A stretch of DNA of 64,000 bases, from NCBI GenBank assembly GCA_041483895.1, contig JBGPGO010000002.1, forward strand, positions 64,001-128,000, read 5' to 3'. The notes below the pieces were generated by a model, which saw only the letters and a list, made by a program, of their open reading frames with translations, was not told the origin of the DNA and made no database searches. The stretch comes from Fimbriimonadia bacterium (GTDB lineage: Bacteria; Armatimonadota; Fimbriimonadia; Fimbriimonadales; JABRVX01). Numbering within the stretch: the stretch's first letter is position 1; the number at the start of each line of letters is the position of its first letter. This document shows, in pieces, positions 28,489-38,279 of the stretch. Both the position numbers and the translations under genes were made by a program.

Positions 28489-28655
28489 AGCGTGACTAGC
28501 ATCCGAAACGGACGCCGCACGCGGCGGAGTTGCCGGCTCGGTTCGGCGGCAGGATCATCCAACAGAACGCAAATGCCCCCACCCTAGCCCTGCCCCGCAA
28601 GCGGGGGAGCGGATAAGAGTGACAATCCCCCCGAAGTAGCAAACAGAGGAACGAA

Positions 28656-29276
28656 CTACCGGAACTTGCTTGGGAACTGCTTCACGATACCCATCGACAG
28701 CATATCCGCCATGCGAAGAATATAATCGTGCACGCGGTCATAAGCTCTAATCGAGCCGGGATAGTCACCATGCAATTGCGCGACCGCCTCTTGGGTCGTC
28801 AGGTTCAGATGAGTGTGCATCATCGTTCGCATTTCCCGTGCCGGCCAATTCTTGGGATTCGCGCCGCTAAGGAATGCGGCTATCGCATCGGCGTTCGCCA
28901 ACCACCGGCGATTTGCGTCCGCAAGCTTGGTCTCGTCATCCATTTTCGCGGCGGCGACCACCTCGGCTGCCGTCGTGATGTGTTCTTTCAGGAGTGCGGT
29001 CAGCTTATTCCCAGCGGCCGTTCCATAAATCGGCTTGATGGCGTTGCCAATATCCGTCTGATTCCGAAGCAGCCGCTGTGTCGTCGCGTCTTTATCGGGC
29101 AGATCGGCGGCGGCGCTAACGATAAAGAGCCGGGTCCAAGTGATGTGATCTTCCCAGAGTTTCCGCATGGCGCTATGCAACGCGGCCTGTTTTGCCGTCA
29201 TTTTCTGTGCCGAAGCCGGGACGCTTGATAGAATCAACAAGGCTGAGCAAACGATAACATATATCTTGCATTTCAT
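28656..29276 (-). CDS. secreted His-rich helical-bundle protein of unknown function
   Basis: Start MKCKIYV with GGAGG RBS; signal peptide; 'MRKLWEDHITWTR', 'LLKEHI', 'MMHTHL', 'MADML'. Confidence 0.75.
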   Translation of the reverse strand: MKCKIYVIVCSALLILSSVPASAQKMTAKQAALHSAMRKLWEDHITWTRLFIVSAAADLPDKDATTQRLLRNQTDIGNAIKPIYGTAAGNKLTALLKEHITTAAEVVAAAKMDDETKLADANRRWLANADAIAAFLSGANPKNWPAREMRTMMHTHLNLTTQEAVAQLHGDYPGSIRAYDRVHDYILRMADMLSMGIVKQFPSKFR

Positions 29277-29324
29277 TTTTCTGCCTCCACGAGTTTGACG
29301 AAATATGAAGTTTATCGGTTCCCG

Positions 29325-29450
29325 TTCACAATCCCCATTGTGAAGGTTCGTGTGGAACCCCTTCACAGTGCGACTGTGAAGGGATAGCAAACCGTGGCGA
29401 CTGTGAAGGGATAGCATCCCTTGACGATGCGAGCGGCGGGGATGAAGGGT
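29325..29450. repeat. cluster of TTCACAGT/ACTGTGAA-type palindromes
   Basis: TTCACAAT-CCCC-ATTGTGAA (29325-29344); CCCTTCACAGT-GCG-ACTGTGAAGGG (29359-29383); half copy at 29397-29416. Confidence 0.8.
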
Positions 29451-29468
29451 ACGCAACAGCCCCAACCG

Positions 29469-29684
29469 TCACGGAGGAATCTGTACAGAACGGGCGCGGC
29501 TGGTCGGTTCCGGCACGGGTTCTCCGTGCTCGATGAGGCTCTGGATATGCAATTGTATCGCCTCGCGCAAAAGCGACTCGGTCTCCTCGAAGGTGTCGCC
29601 GGCCGCGACGCACCCCGGTAGATCCGGCACGTAGCCGGACCAGTTCCCACCCGCCGGTTCAATGATGACAACGTATTCCTTCAC
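29469..29684 (-). CDS. hicB: HicB-family antitoxin
   Basis: 'YVVIIE..WSGYVPDLPGCVAAGDTFEE..LREAIQLHI..GEPVPEP'. Confidence 0.92.
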   Translation of the reverse strand: MKEYVVIIEPAGGNWSGYVPDLPGCVAAGDTFEETESLLREAIQLHIQSLIEHGEPVPEPTSRARSVQIPP

Positions 29685-29875
29685 GGTCGAACCTCCAATT
29701 GCGCTTGCTTCCAGATGCTCTTAAGCGTACCCGGCGCAATCTCCTTATTCGGACGGCCCGCAACTGTCACGGTACCCGCCTTCGACGCATGGCGAAACTG
29801 GCGATGATTGCCCGTCGTGCGGACCAGCTTCCACCCATCCCGCTCCAACCTTTTGATCACGCCTCGTACCTGCAT
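29681..29875 (-). CDS. hicA: HicA-family mRNA interferase toxin
   Basis: 'LERDGWKLVRTTGNHRQFRH..GTVTV..GTLKSIWKQA'; 4-nt overlap with hicB. Confidence 0.92.
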   Translation of the reverse strand: MQVRGVIKRLERDGWKLVRTTGNHRQFRHASKAGTVTVAGRPNKEIAPGTLKSIWKQAQLEVRP

Positions 29876-29998
29876 CGACTAGCTAGGGAACCATGTCACG
29901 ATCTCGGGGCCGTTGCTTTCAAGAGGATGGAACCCGGCACCTACGGCCCAAAAAAGGGAACTTGTGCGCAAAAGCGAACGTTTGACCAGAATAGTATT

Positions 29999-30583
29999 AT
30001 GGTCAACAGTCAAACCGACGAAAAGCACCCCGCCGTCTGCGCCGCCGTAATCGATGCCGCCGACCGGCTATTCGAGCGATATGGCTACCGAAAGACCACG
30101 GTCGAGGAGATCGCCCAAGAGGCCGGGATCGGCAAAGGCTCCGTCTACCTCCACTTTGCGAGCAAGGAGGAGATCGCCTTTGCCTGGGTGGACCGGCTGC
30201 ATTCCCGCCTCCACGAGCAGTTGGAAGAGATCGCGAAGGAGGGTATAGAGCGGTTCCTGTGCCAACGCGTGCTGCTACGCTACGACATCTTCCATCGCCA
30301 TCAGCGCAGCATGGATGAGGCCCTGGATCGGCTCGGCGAAGGTCTGCGCGCCAGGCGAGACGCCTTTCACGAGGTGGAGGCGAAGATGCTGGCAGGTATG
30401 TTGGATGCCAGCGCATGCCGCCTCGATCCATTGAAAACCGCCCGCAGCATGATCGTCGCCACAAACGGACTGATGCCCTATCGCCTTCGTCCGCAAGAGC
30501 TGGGCGCGCGAAAGCTGGTGGAAGCCAAAGTGAAAGACCTCGCGGCGCTGCTGTCGCTTGCGATTAGGGGAGGGAAGAAATGA
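29999..30583 (+). CDS. TetR/AcrR-family transcriptional regulator
   Basis: 'AADRLFERYGYRKTTVEEIAQEAGIGKGSVYLHFASKEEI'. Confidence 0.92.
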   Translation: MVNSQTDEKHPAVCAAVIDAADRLFERYGYRKTTVEEIAQEAGIGKGSVYLHFASKEEIAFAWVDRLHSRLHEQLEEIAKEGIERFLCQRVLLRYDIFHRHQRSMDEALDRLGEGLRARRDAFHEVEAKMLAGMLDASACRLDPLKTARSMIVATNGLMPYRLRPQELGARKLVEAKVKDLAALLSLAIRGGKK

Positions 30584-32154
30584 GCCTAACGGAAGCCAAG
30601 AAGCCGGAAGAACCCCCGTCGAGCGACGGCAAAGCGGCGCAGGAGCCGAAGAAGCGCCGCAGCCCGATGGTCTTCATCGCGCCGGTGGTTTTCATCGCCC
30701 TCGCCGCCTACGGCATCCACATGTACATTTTTTCGATCACCCACGAAGTGACAGACAACGCTTTGCTGGATTCGGACGTCGTGCAGATCGCCCCGCAGGT
30801 AGTCGGCACCGTCAAAAGCGTGCTCGTAAGCGAGGCCGACCACGTGCACGCCGGCCAACTGATCGCAACGCTAGATGATGCGAAATATCGCGTCGCGGTT
30901 GGTCAAGCGAATGCAAATCTGGCCGGCGCAATCGCCGACGCAAAACAGGCGGGGGTAGACATATCCCTTACCGAAACAACCGGCCGGGCCGGCGAGACCT
31001 CCGCGGGCGGCCAGGTTGAGCAGGCGGCCGGCGGCGTCGGCGCGGCGGCGGCGGGAATCAAACAGGCGCAAGCGCATGTCGAAAATGCAAAGGCCGCCGT
31101 CGCGGTCGCCGAGGCGGAGGCCAGTAATTCGCATTTGGACATCCAGACCGCGCAGCTCAACCTCACAAAATCAAAGAACGCCGTCGCGACCAGCCAAGCG
31201 GCAGTAAGAACTGCGCAGGCAAACGTCGGGGTCTCCCAGGCGGCTGTCGATTCGGCCGCGGCGCAAGAGGCTTGGGCGTCGAAAGATTTGAAGCGATTTC
31301 AAGACCTCTACGCCTCGCAGGCGGTCAGTCTGAGCGACCTGCAAAAGGCCGAAACCGCGCACAATGCCGCGAAAGCCGCACTGGATTCCGCGCGAAAACA
31401 GCTCGAATCTTCCCGCGCTACGGTGGAGCAGCGGCAGGCGGATGTGGACGCCGCGCAAACGCAAGTTCGGGTCGCAGAAAACGCGATCCGTCAGGCGGAA
31501 GCCAACGCGAAGGCGGACGATCAAAAAATTACGCAGGCCGATTCCGGGGTGTTGGCTGCCCGAGCCGATCTGGACACGGCACAACGAGGCCTTGCCATCG
31601 CGATCGGCAAACGCACGCAATCGCTCGGGGAAAAGCGATCTGCGGCGACGACAAACGATAAGGTCGCGATGAAGCAGGCGGAACGCGATCAGGCGTTGGC
31701 AAGAGTCGACCTTGCAAAGGCTGCGCTGGCGAACGCGCAAATCGATCTGGAACACACGAAGATATATGCGCCGGTTGCCGGAAAGGTGGCGAAGAAGGTG
31801 GTGCAGGTCGGGCAACTGGCGCAGCTCGGCGCGCCGCTGCTCTCCATCGTTTCCGACGAAATGCCCTACGTCGTCGCAAACTTCAAGGAGACCCAAATGC
31901 ATGATATGCGGGTGGGCGAAGCGGTGGACATCGATGTGGACGCTTTCCCCGGAAAAACGTTTCACGGGAAGGTGGACAGCCTGTCTCCGGCCACCGGCTC
32001 CACATTTGCTCTGTTGCCGCCTGACAACGCAACCGGCAACTTCGTAAAAGTAGTGCAGCGCCTGCCGGTCAAGATTGTTTTCGACTCCGGCCAGTCAGGA
32101 TTGGATCGGCTGCGCGTCGGCATGTCCGCGGTCGTTACGGTCGGGACTCGGTAG
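30580..32154 (+). CDS. HlyD/EmrA-family membrane fusion protein (long coiled coil)
   Basis: Single TM, 'TDNA', 'ANFKETQM', 'LLPPDNATGNFVKVVQRLPVKI'. Confidence 0.93.
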   Translation: MSLTEAKKPEEPPSSDGKAAQEPKKRRSPMVFIAPVVFIALAAYGIHMYIFSITHEVTDNALLDSDVVQIAPQVVGTVKSVLVSEADHVHAGQLIATLDDAKYRVAVGQANANLAGAIADAKQAGVDISLTETTGRAGETSAGGQVEQAAGGVGAAAAGIKQAQAHVENAKAAVAVAEAEASNSHLDIQTAQLNLTKSKNAVATSQAAVRTAQANVGVSQAAVDSAAAQEAWASKDLKRFQDLYASQAVSLSDLQKAETAHNAAKAALDSARKQLESSRATVEQRQADVDAAQTQVRVAENAIRQAEANAKADDQKITQADSGVLAARADLDTAQRGLAIAIGKRTQSLGEKRSAATTNDKVAMKQAERDQALARVDLAKAALANAQIDLEHTKIYAPVAGKVAKKVVQVGQLAQLGAPLLSIVSDEMPYVVANFKETQMHDMRVGEAVDIDVDAFPGKTFHGKVDSLSPATGSTFALLPPDNATGNFVKVVQRLPVKIVFDSGQSGLDRLRVGMSAVVTVGTR

Positions 32155-33744
32155 ATGGCGGTCGCAGCGGCAATTCGAGCCGATCCGTCCGTGCGGTATC
32201 GTTGGATCATATTGTTCGGCCTGATCACGGCGGCCATTTTGGAGGTCCTGGATACCACGATCGTCAACGTATCGTTGCCGCACATGGCCGGGAATTTGGG
32301 TGTGACATCCGAGGAGATTGCCTGGGTGTCCACGGGTTACATCCTATCGAACGTCGTCGTTCTGCCGATCACGGCTTGGTTAGCATCGCGGTTCGGACGC
32401 AAGCGGTATCTGAGCGGATCGATCCTGCTATTCGTAATCGCTTCGTTCTTCTGTGGCACATCGACGACGCTGACCAGCCTTGTTGTGTGGCGCATTTTGC
32501 AGGGGGCGGGAGGCGCCGCGCTGCTTTCGACCTCCCAAGCGACAATCAGAGAGATTTTTCCGGCGGAGCAGCAGAGTTTTGTGCAGGCCATCTACATCCT
32601 TGGGATCATCGCCGCGCCGACGTTGGGACCGACCGCCGGCGGATGGATCACGGACAATTTCTCCTGGCATTGGGTGTTTTTCATCAATCTGCCCATCGGT
32701 CTCGTCTCCTTTTTCATCGTCAGCACATTCTTAGAAGATTCCGAGTTCACGATGGCGACGCACAGGGTGGATTGGATTGGCTTGGCGCTCATGGTCGCTG
32801 GGCTGGCATCGTTGCAATATGTTTTGGAAGAGGGCAATTCGCGCCTGTGGTTTGAAGACGGCCGCATGGTGGTTCTGGCTACGATTGCGATTTTGGCGCT
32901 CCCTATCTTTGTTTGGTGGCAGCTTTCGCCACGCAATAAGGCGCCGATTGTGAATCTGCGCGTCCTCGCGAATCGGGATCTGTCCGCGGCGCTCATACTG
33001 TTTATCGTGCTGGGGTTCGGTCTATACGGCGGCGTGTTTCTGTTCCCTATGTTTACGCAAGGGGTGCTCGGTCTGACCCCTACGGAGACCGGCCTGGCGT
33101 TGCTCCCCGGGGGTATCGCGACGGGAATTTCCGCCATTCTCACAGGCCGCTTGGCAAACCCCGCGAAGATCATCGTGGACCCGAGGATCATGATCGTTTC
33201 CGGACTCGGCCTCTTCTTTGTTTCGATGTATTCTCTCGCGCATCTTCCTCCCACCGGTTCTGTGGACGATGCGTTCATCGCCCTCATCCTCCGCGGATTC
33301 GGGTTGGGGATGCTGTTCGTTCCGATCAACTTGGCGGCATTCGCCACGCTAAAAGGGGCGGAGATTGCGCAGGGGTCCGCGCTTCTCAATCTATGCCGTC
33401 AGCTCGGTGGATCGTTTGGCATTGCTGTTCTCAGCTCCTTCGTCACGCACCAGGCTGCATCGGCACGAGCGGGACTTGTGAACCACATCTTTGTCGGCAA
33501 CCCGGCGCTGGATTCCCGCTTTGCGGCCATGACGCAGGCGATGGTGGCGAAGGGCTACGCGGCCGGCGCTCCGGCGCAACATGCCGCGGCGTCGCTGCTC
33601 AACGCGCAGGTGCAGGGCCAGGCGACGGCGATTGCATACAATTCGAGCTTCATGCTGATCGCGATTGTCGTGTTGGTGGCTTCTCCGCTGATTCTTCTGC
33701 TCCGAAAGGCGCGGATCACTTCCGCCCGCCCAGTGGCCCACTAG
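32155..33744 (+). CDS. DHA2/EmrB-family MFS efflux permease
   Basis: 'LDTTIVNVSLP', 'PTLGPTAGGWITDNFSWHWVFFINLPIG', 'RQLGGSFGIA'. Confidence 0.95.
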   Translation: MAVAAAIRADPSVRYRWIILFGLITAAILEVLDTTIVNVSLPHMAGNLGVTSEEIAWVSTGYILSNVVVLPITAWLASRFGRKRYLSGSILLFVIASFFCGTSTTLTSLVVWRILQGAGGAALLSTSQATIREIFPAEQQSFVQAIYILGIIAAPTLGPTAGGWITDNFSWHWVFFINLPIGLVSFFIVSTFLEDSEFTMATHRVDWIGLALMVAGLASLQYVLEEGNSRLWFEDGRMVVLATIAILALPIFVWWQLSPRNKAPIVNLRVLANRDLSAALILFIVLGFGLYGGVFLFPMFTQGVLGLTPTETGLALLPGGIATGISAILTGRLANPAKIIVDPRIMIVSGLGLFFVSMYSLAHLPPTGSVDDAFIALILRGFGLGMLFVPINLAAFATLKGAEIAQGSALLNLCRQLGGSFGIAVLSSFVTHQAASARAGLVNHIFVGNPALDSRFAAMTQAMVAKGYAAGAPAQHAAASLLNAQVQGQATAIAYNSSFMLIAIVVLVASPLILLLRKARITSARPVAH

Positions 33745-33767
33745 AGAGACCGCATCGATTTTTCCTT

Positions 33768-33907
33768 GATTTTCATTGACGATCGCATCGTCAAAAACGT
33801 TGTGCCTATCCCTTCACAGTCGTACTGTGAAGGGGACGAAGTTTTTCATTGATGGCATCGTCAAAAAACCCTTTCCCTATGCCTTTAATGTCGCACTGTG
33901 AAGAGGA
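33768..33907. repeat. palindrome cluster between convergent genes
   Basis: TTGACGAT-CGC-ATCGTCAA; CCCTTCACAGT-CGT-ACTGTGAAGGG (33810-33834); a second TTTTCATTGA..GCATCGTCAAAAA copy; half copy near 33895. Confidence 0.75.
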
Positions 33908-35049
33908 TGGCTCTTGATGAGCCGCGAGCGGATGCCACGGACTCTCACCAGTTCTTTCCGCAGCCGCCGTCGTTCGCGCGGCCACTCTCGCTTCTCCATT
34001 CCGTAGGGCGGATGAACCATTGACCTTCGGATCTCCTGCACTTCCCGGCCATAGAAGTAGATGGCTTTCCCTCGCTCGCCGCAAGCCAACTGCGCTTCCG
34101 CCAAATTCTCCCAAAGGTCCCAACAAGCCGGATACTCGCTGGCAACATTCCATATCTCTTTGGCAAGTTCGTGGTAGACCTCGGGATGATGCGATGGGAT
34201 GGTCCGATATCTGCCGTTTGAGTACTCCCATATATCGATCCAGCGCGGCTGCTCGGCATGGGACGGTCCAGGGTCGGAAGATTCGTCGCCGATCTCATGG
34301 CTGCCAATGATCTGATATTTGCCATAGCCCTTGCTGTCAACCATGGACATAAATACCGTACCGGTCCCGTGCGCGATCTGCTTCCACGTCTTGCCACTTT
34401 GTTGGAACACATAGACCGAGCTAGGTTCATAGTCCGCACCGTAATAGGACAGGGCCACGATGATATCATCTTGCCCATCGCCGGTAACATCCGCAACGTA
34501 AAGCCCTACCTCCGAGACGCTGCATTCATTGGGCGAGTAACTGCTGACACTCAATAGCGGAGATTCCCATGTCTTCTTAACATCGAATTTCCCCTTGCGG
34601 AAGACCTTCAACCGCACATTTCGATACTGGTCGCCGTACTCTGTCGGAGCATCGTCGTCCACTTTCGCGCCGTGCGGATTCAGCCACTCCCCATAGATGG
34701 CGGCAATCCGACCGTCCAGAAGTTGCGCGCAGACGATCGGCGCCTGGCGTTCCCACATGGCAAGCTTTGCGGCGAGCGCATTGCGTTTTTCCGCGGCGGC
34801 TTCCAGCAAGGCAAGAGAAGGATCCTGTCTCGCTGTCCAGACCGCCTCGCCATACATTCCCAGCGCAATCTCTGCTTTGGTCTTCAATCGCAGCGCTTCC
34901 GGATTGCTCGGATCTTTTTGCAGTTTTTCCCGGGCTTCCTCACGCACATCCATCGGGTCCCAGTTAAGCCTGTCTTCGCCCGCGGGCAACGCAATGTCAT
35001 GGAACGGTTTCGCCTGAATCAGAAGGGCGAAGAGGATAGTGGCGATCAC
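33877..35049 (-). CDS. secreted hypothetical protein (TPR-like ends, FG-GAP/VCBS-like motif)
   Basis: Signal-like N-terminus; 'ADVTGDGQDDIIV'; overlaps the stop of the upstream GH gene. Confidence 0.6.
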   Translation of the reverse strand: MIATILFALLIQAKPFHDIALPAGEDRLNWDPMDVREEAREKLQKDPSNPEALRLKTKAEIALGMYGEAVWTARQDPSLALLEAAAEKRNALAAKLAMWERQAPIVCAQLLDGRIAAIYGEWLNPHGAKVDDDAPTEYGDQYRNVRLKVFRKGKFDVKKTWESPLLSVSSYSPNECSVSEVGLYVADVTGDGQDDIIVALSYYGADYEPSSVYVFQQSGKTWKQIAHGTGTVFMSMVDSKGYGKYQIIGSHEIGDESSDPGPSHAEQPRWIDIWEYSNGRYRTIPSHHPEVYHELAKEIWNVASEYPACWDLWENLAEAQLACGERGKAIYFYGREVQEIRRSMVHPPYGMEKREWPRERRRLRKELVRVRGIRSRLIKSHPLHSATLKA

Positions 35050-37319
35050 GATCCGGTTTTCCCTTCTGCAGTGCGACTATCGAGGCTCACACGGAGAATT
35101 TCAGAGTTTGCGCACTGGAAGTGAATTAAGGCCGGTTTTTCGCCGAGCCGCGCCGACGCGAGTTCCTTGTCACCCGTGCAGATCGTCACGACGACAGGTC
35201 GATCGCATCGCGCGGTCATTCTGACGTTGACAGATCCTTCTGGCGAGTGAGTACAGGCGAGGTCGAAGCGCAAGTCCCTGTGGCGGAGATTGCTGATGCC
35301 GAGGGACATGCCCGGCGTCGCGAAAGCGGGCAGCGACGGCGCGAGAAGGAACTCGTCCCCATTCGCGCCCTCCCGGAAACCAAAGATGTTGCGGATTACC
35401 AGCGTCGGCAGCGTCGCGCCCCAGCCATAGCATTCCGCGCCGGTCCCGATGTCCGCCGGCGGCTCAATCGGCCAAAACTCGGACTGCACGCCAGGGATGC
35501 GATAGTTGTACGGCTCCGGCAAGCCCGTCCCATCCAACTTTGTTATCGCGCGGCGGGTTGTGCGCGCATAGATTCGGTTGCCGGTATCGGCGACAACTTC
35601 CGCCGCCCATTCGCGCAGCCCCGCATTCCACGCGGCCTCCGTCGCCGGAAACAGGAACGAAGGCCACTCCAAAAACGGACTAGGGTTCTTCCGAAAGTAC
35701 TCGAATCGTGGCCGCACCGCCTCGATCTGTTCCGGCGTCGCGATGCCCACCGCCAGCGGCACAAGCATCATGATGTCCCAATAGTCTTCGAGCAAAATCG
35801 GCTCTCCCGTTCGTCCATCAAAGTCTCGAAACCATCCGTCCACAAACATCGCCCGCGTCCGTTCCACGCGTTCTTCCGCCAACGTTTGCCATCGGTCGGC
35901 AGGCAACCCAAGCTCTTCGGCAAACCAGGCCATGTTCGCCATCGCGCTCGCCATCACCGCCTCCACGTCCACCGTCCGCACAAAATCCGCAACCTGCGCC
36001 TCGCCCACCAAGAACCGCTTCGAGCCATCCTGGCCCGACTCCCAACTGTTGTTGCAATGAAACCATCCGTCCGCGTCGGTGCGGTTTTCCAACCACCACT
36101 CCAAAAACGATTGGAGATAGGGATAGAGCGAGCCCAGCCACTCTTTGTCCCCGTCGCGCAGGTAGAGCGCCCGGATGACGGTAAACGGCATGCCCCAGGT
36201 CGGTGCCGTCCCGCATTCCGCGCCGCCCGCCCCGATCATGTTCATGCTGCCGTCCTCACGCGAGCAGGGCACATTCGGCATGGGCGCATCGGCGAAGGTC
36301 CCATAGATCACCTCTTTGGCAAGCTCCGGGACCGCGTAGCTGAGCGCCTGCGCGTCCAGCATCGTTTCGCCCAGCACGCAGCGCGGCGTGTAGATCTGCA
36401 TGCCATCCCACGGGTGGTGGTAGATGCCTAGCGGGGGGCGGATGGTCATTCGCAGCGTCTCCAGATCGTGAACCCATCCCTCTTTCCACATGTCCGGCCA
36501 GTCGCCGGTCAGCAGGGGGCAGTGGGCGTAGAAGTCGCGATCTTCCCGCAGCTTTTCATCCAGGGTTGTCATCGCGGTTGCGAGGGCGGTGCGATGGGTT
36601 TGGATGGCCGAAACGCTGTTCACTCCGCGCGTCAATGAGAGGATGAGCCGATCGCCGGATTGCAAGCGATAGGAGAGGACTGAGTAGAGAGGATTTGGCA
36701 ACTCGACGCTCGCCCCATCGTTGCATTCCATGTCGTTGGCGGCGATCCAATCGTTCCATTCTTCGCGGGAAGCTGTGGCCTTGCGCGCGTCCGGCTCTCG
36801 ATCCGCGCCAAGCGCGAAGACATCGCCGTAAGCCCAAATCTTGCCGATCGCCGCGCCGTCTTCGAACGTCGTCGCCACGCCGTCCGATCCCCACCATTTC
36901 TGTTCGTTGTATCCATAGATGTGGGTGGCGTGAAGAGTCGCCGGGCCGCCCTCGAACACGCAGACAAGCGAGTGTTCGCCGGATTGGAAGTACTTGGCGC
37001 TGAACGTCAGTCCCTCGTGCTCCCAATCGTAGCTCATCATCGATTTCGTGTGATACCGGGAGACCAGGCGAATGCCGGCTTTTTCGAAGTCGTCGGACGT
37101 GTGAAGCGATATCCCTCCGATGCTAAGGCTCAGATGCAGGAGGGACATATAGTTGACGTTACGACGGGCCCCCTCTCCGTATGGCCATGGAAACTTGCGG
37201 CACCAGAAGCCAAAGCCAATCGGCGGCACGGAACGCAGGATACCGCTGCGATTGAGCACGGCGCTGTGATACGGATTGTCCAGGTAGCCGAACGGTGTGT
37301 AATCGAGCAGCGGCTGCAT
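35046..37319 (-). CDS. (alpha/alpha)6 glycoside hydrolase, GH63/MGH1/trehalase-like
   Basis: 'LYPYL..F.EWW..NR', 'WESGQDGSKRF', 'YGWGA' motifs. Confidence 0.75.
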   Translation of the reverse strand: MQPLLDYTPFGYLDNPYHSAVLNRSGILRSVPPIGFGFWCRKFPWPYGEGARRNVNYMSLLHLSLSIGGISLHTSDDFEKAGIRLVSRYHTKSMMSYDWEHEGLTFSAKYFQSGEHSLVCVFEGGPATLHATHIYGYNEQKWWGSDGVATTFEDGAAIGKIWAYGDVFALGADREPDARKATASREEWNDWIAANDMECNDGASVELPNPLYSVLSYRLQSGDRLILSLTRGVNSVSAIQTHRTALATAMTTLDEKLREDRDFYAHCPLLTGDWPDMWKEGWVHDLETLRMTIRPPLGIYHHPWDGMQIYTPRCVLGETMLDAQALSYAVPELAKEVIYGTFADAPMPNVPCSREDGSMNMIGAGGAECGTAPTWGMPFTVIRALYLRDGDKEWLGSLYPYLQSFLEWWLENRTDADGWFHCNNSWESGQDGSKRFLVGEAQVADFVRTVDVEAVMASAMANMAWFAEELGLPADRWQTLAEERVERTRAMFVDGWFRDFDGRTGEPILLEDYWDIMMLVPLAVGIATPEQIEAVRPRFEYFRKNPSPFLEWPSFLFPATEAAWNAGLREWAAEVVADTGNRIYARTTRRAITKLDGTGLPEPYNYRIPGVQSEFWPIEPPADIGTGAECYGWGATLPTLVIRNIFGFREGANGDEFLLAPSLPAFATPGMSLGISNLRHRDLRFDLACTHSPEGSVNVRMTARCDRPVVVTICTGDKELASARLGEKPALIHFQCANSEILRVSLDSRTAEGKTGS

Positions 37320-37330
37320 GCGATCCGTCT

Positions 37331-38239
37331 TTATCCCTTCACAGACGCACTGTGAAGGGCGAACAGATCCCCGATCTTGACCGCGCGCTCTGGGTGGGCT
37401 AGCTCCTTCTTCACATCCAACACGACTGAGTGGTCGAAATCCGCGTGCTGATAGACGTGCAGTTTCAGGTTCGTCAGGTCATAGACGACGGAGTACTGAG
37501 TTCCCGACTGCTTTAGCCGAAGAGAATCAGGAACGGGCTTGAACGACACGCCTTGAAGCGCTTGCCGGGCGAGGTCCACTGTAAACGCATGGTTCTTTGT
37601 GAAGAGCGCGTCCACAAATTTGTAGCGCTGGCAGGTAACGGCATCATCTGGCGTACAAGACTTGCGGAAATTGGTTATGACCTGGTGATCCCCGGCCCGG
37701 CGCAAGATAACGTTCCCAGCTTCGATCACGACAGAATCCCCCGAACGATCCGCGAGCAGAATCTGCCCCTGCGCCATCGCGAAATCATACTTTACGATCA
37801 AAGGCATCGCATCTTTCACCGTCTTGCAGGTCCGCAGAATTCGGTCCAGCATGAACGCAAAAAGAGGAGGCTTTTTGTTAGGATTTGGATCTTTAACAAA
37901 ATCCGTCGCAGCGCCACCGAAAAACAGCCCATATTCGTTCACACCGGCTTGCGGAAAACCATAGGCGTCCGTCGGATCCATTTCGAACAGATTGTCGATC
38001 TTCTTCTTCGGCTGTGCCAGCCGGATGCCGTTTTTCGGATACTCGCCCGTTCCGAAGCCGAAATAGACGATGCCAAAATTCTTCTCCGTGTGCGGCACGA
38101 ACCAGACCTGGGTGTTCGGGTCGATCCAGTCCTCACCGTCCCCGGCGAGGGCCAACTTGCCATCAAAAACAAAGAACACGGTGCAGGCATGGGCAATCCC
38201 GGTGGCGAGTACGATGAGAGCGGCGGTTAGCAGTGTCAT
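37331..38239 (-). CDS. secreted Ntn-hydrolase (peptidase C45/choloylglycine hydrolase-like)
   Basis: Signal peptide ending AHA followed by the CTVF nucleophile; 'GVNEYGL', 'ITNF', 'TQYSVVYDL'. Confidence 0.85.
   Translation of the reverse strand: MTLLTAALIVLATGIAHACTVFFVFDGKLALAGDGEDWIDPNTQVWFVPHTEKNFGIVYFGFGTGEYPKNGIRLAQPKKKIDNLFEMDPTDAYGFPQAGVNEYGLFFGGAATDFVKDPNPNKKPPLFAFMLDRILRTCKTVKDAMPLIVKYDFAMAQGQILLADRSGDSVVIEAGNVILRRAGDHQVITNFRKSCTPDDAVTCQRYKFVDALFTKNHAFTVDLARQALQGVSFKPVPDSLRLKQSGTQYSVVYDLTNLKLHVYQHADFDHSVVLDVKKELAHPERAVKIGDLFALHSASVKG
37332..37359. repeat. CCCTTCACAG/CTGTGAAGGG palindrome overlapping the gene end
   Basis: TATCCCTTCACAG-ACGCA-CTGTGAAGGG; same family as 29359 and 33810. 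Confidence 0.8.
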
Positions 38240-38279
38240 GAATGGCCTCCTGATCCTGTTCAGGATACCTCGTCGCGTG

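Noticed and set aside
29325..29450. Palindromic repeats as a mini-CRISPR
   Set aside because: Only two near-identical part-copies with short irregular spacing, and the same unit is dispersed elsewhere like a REP
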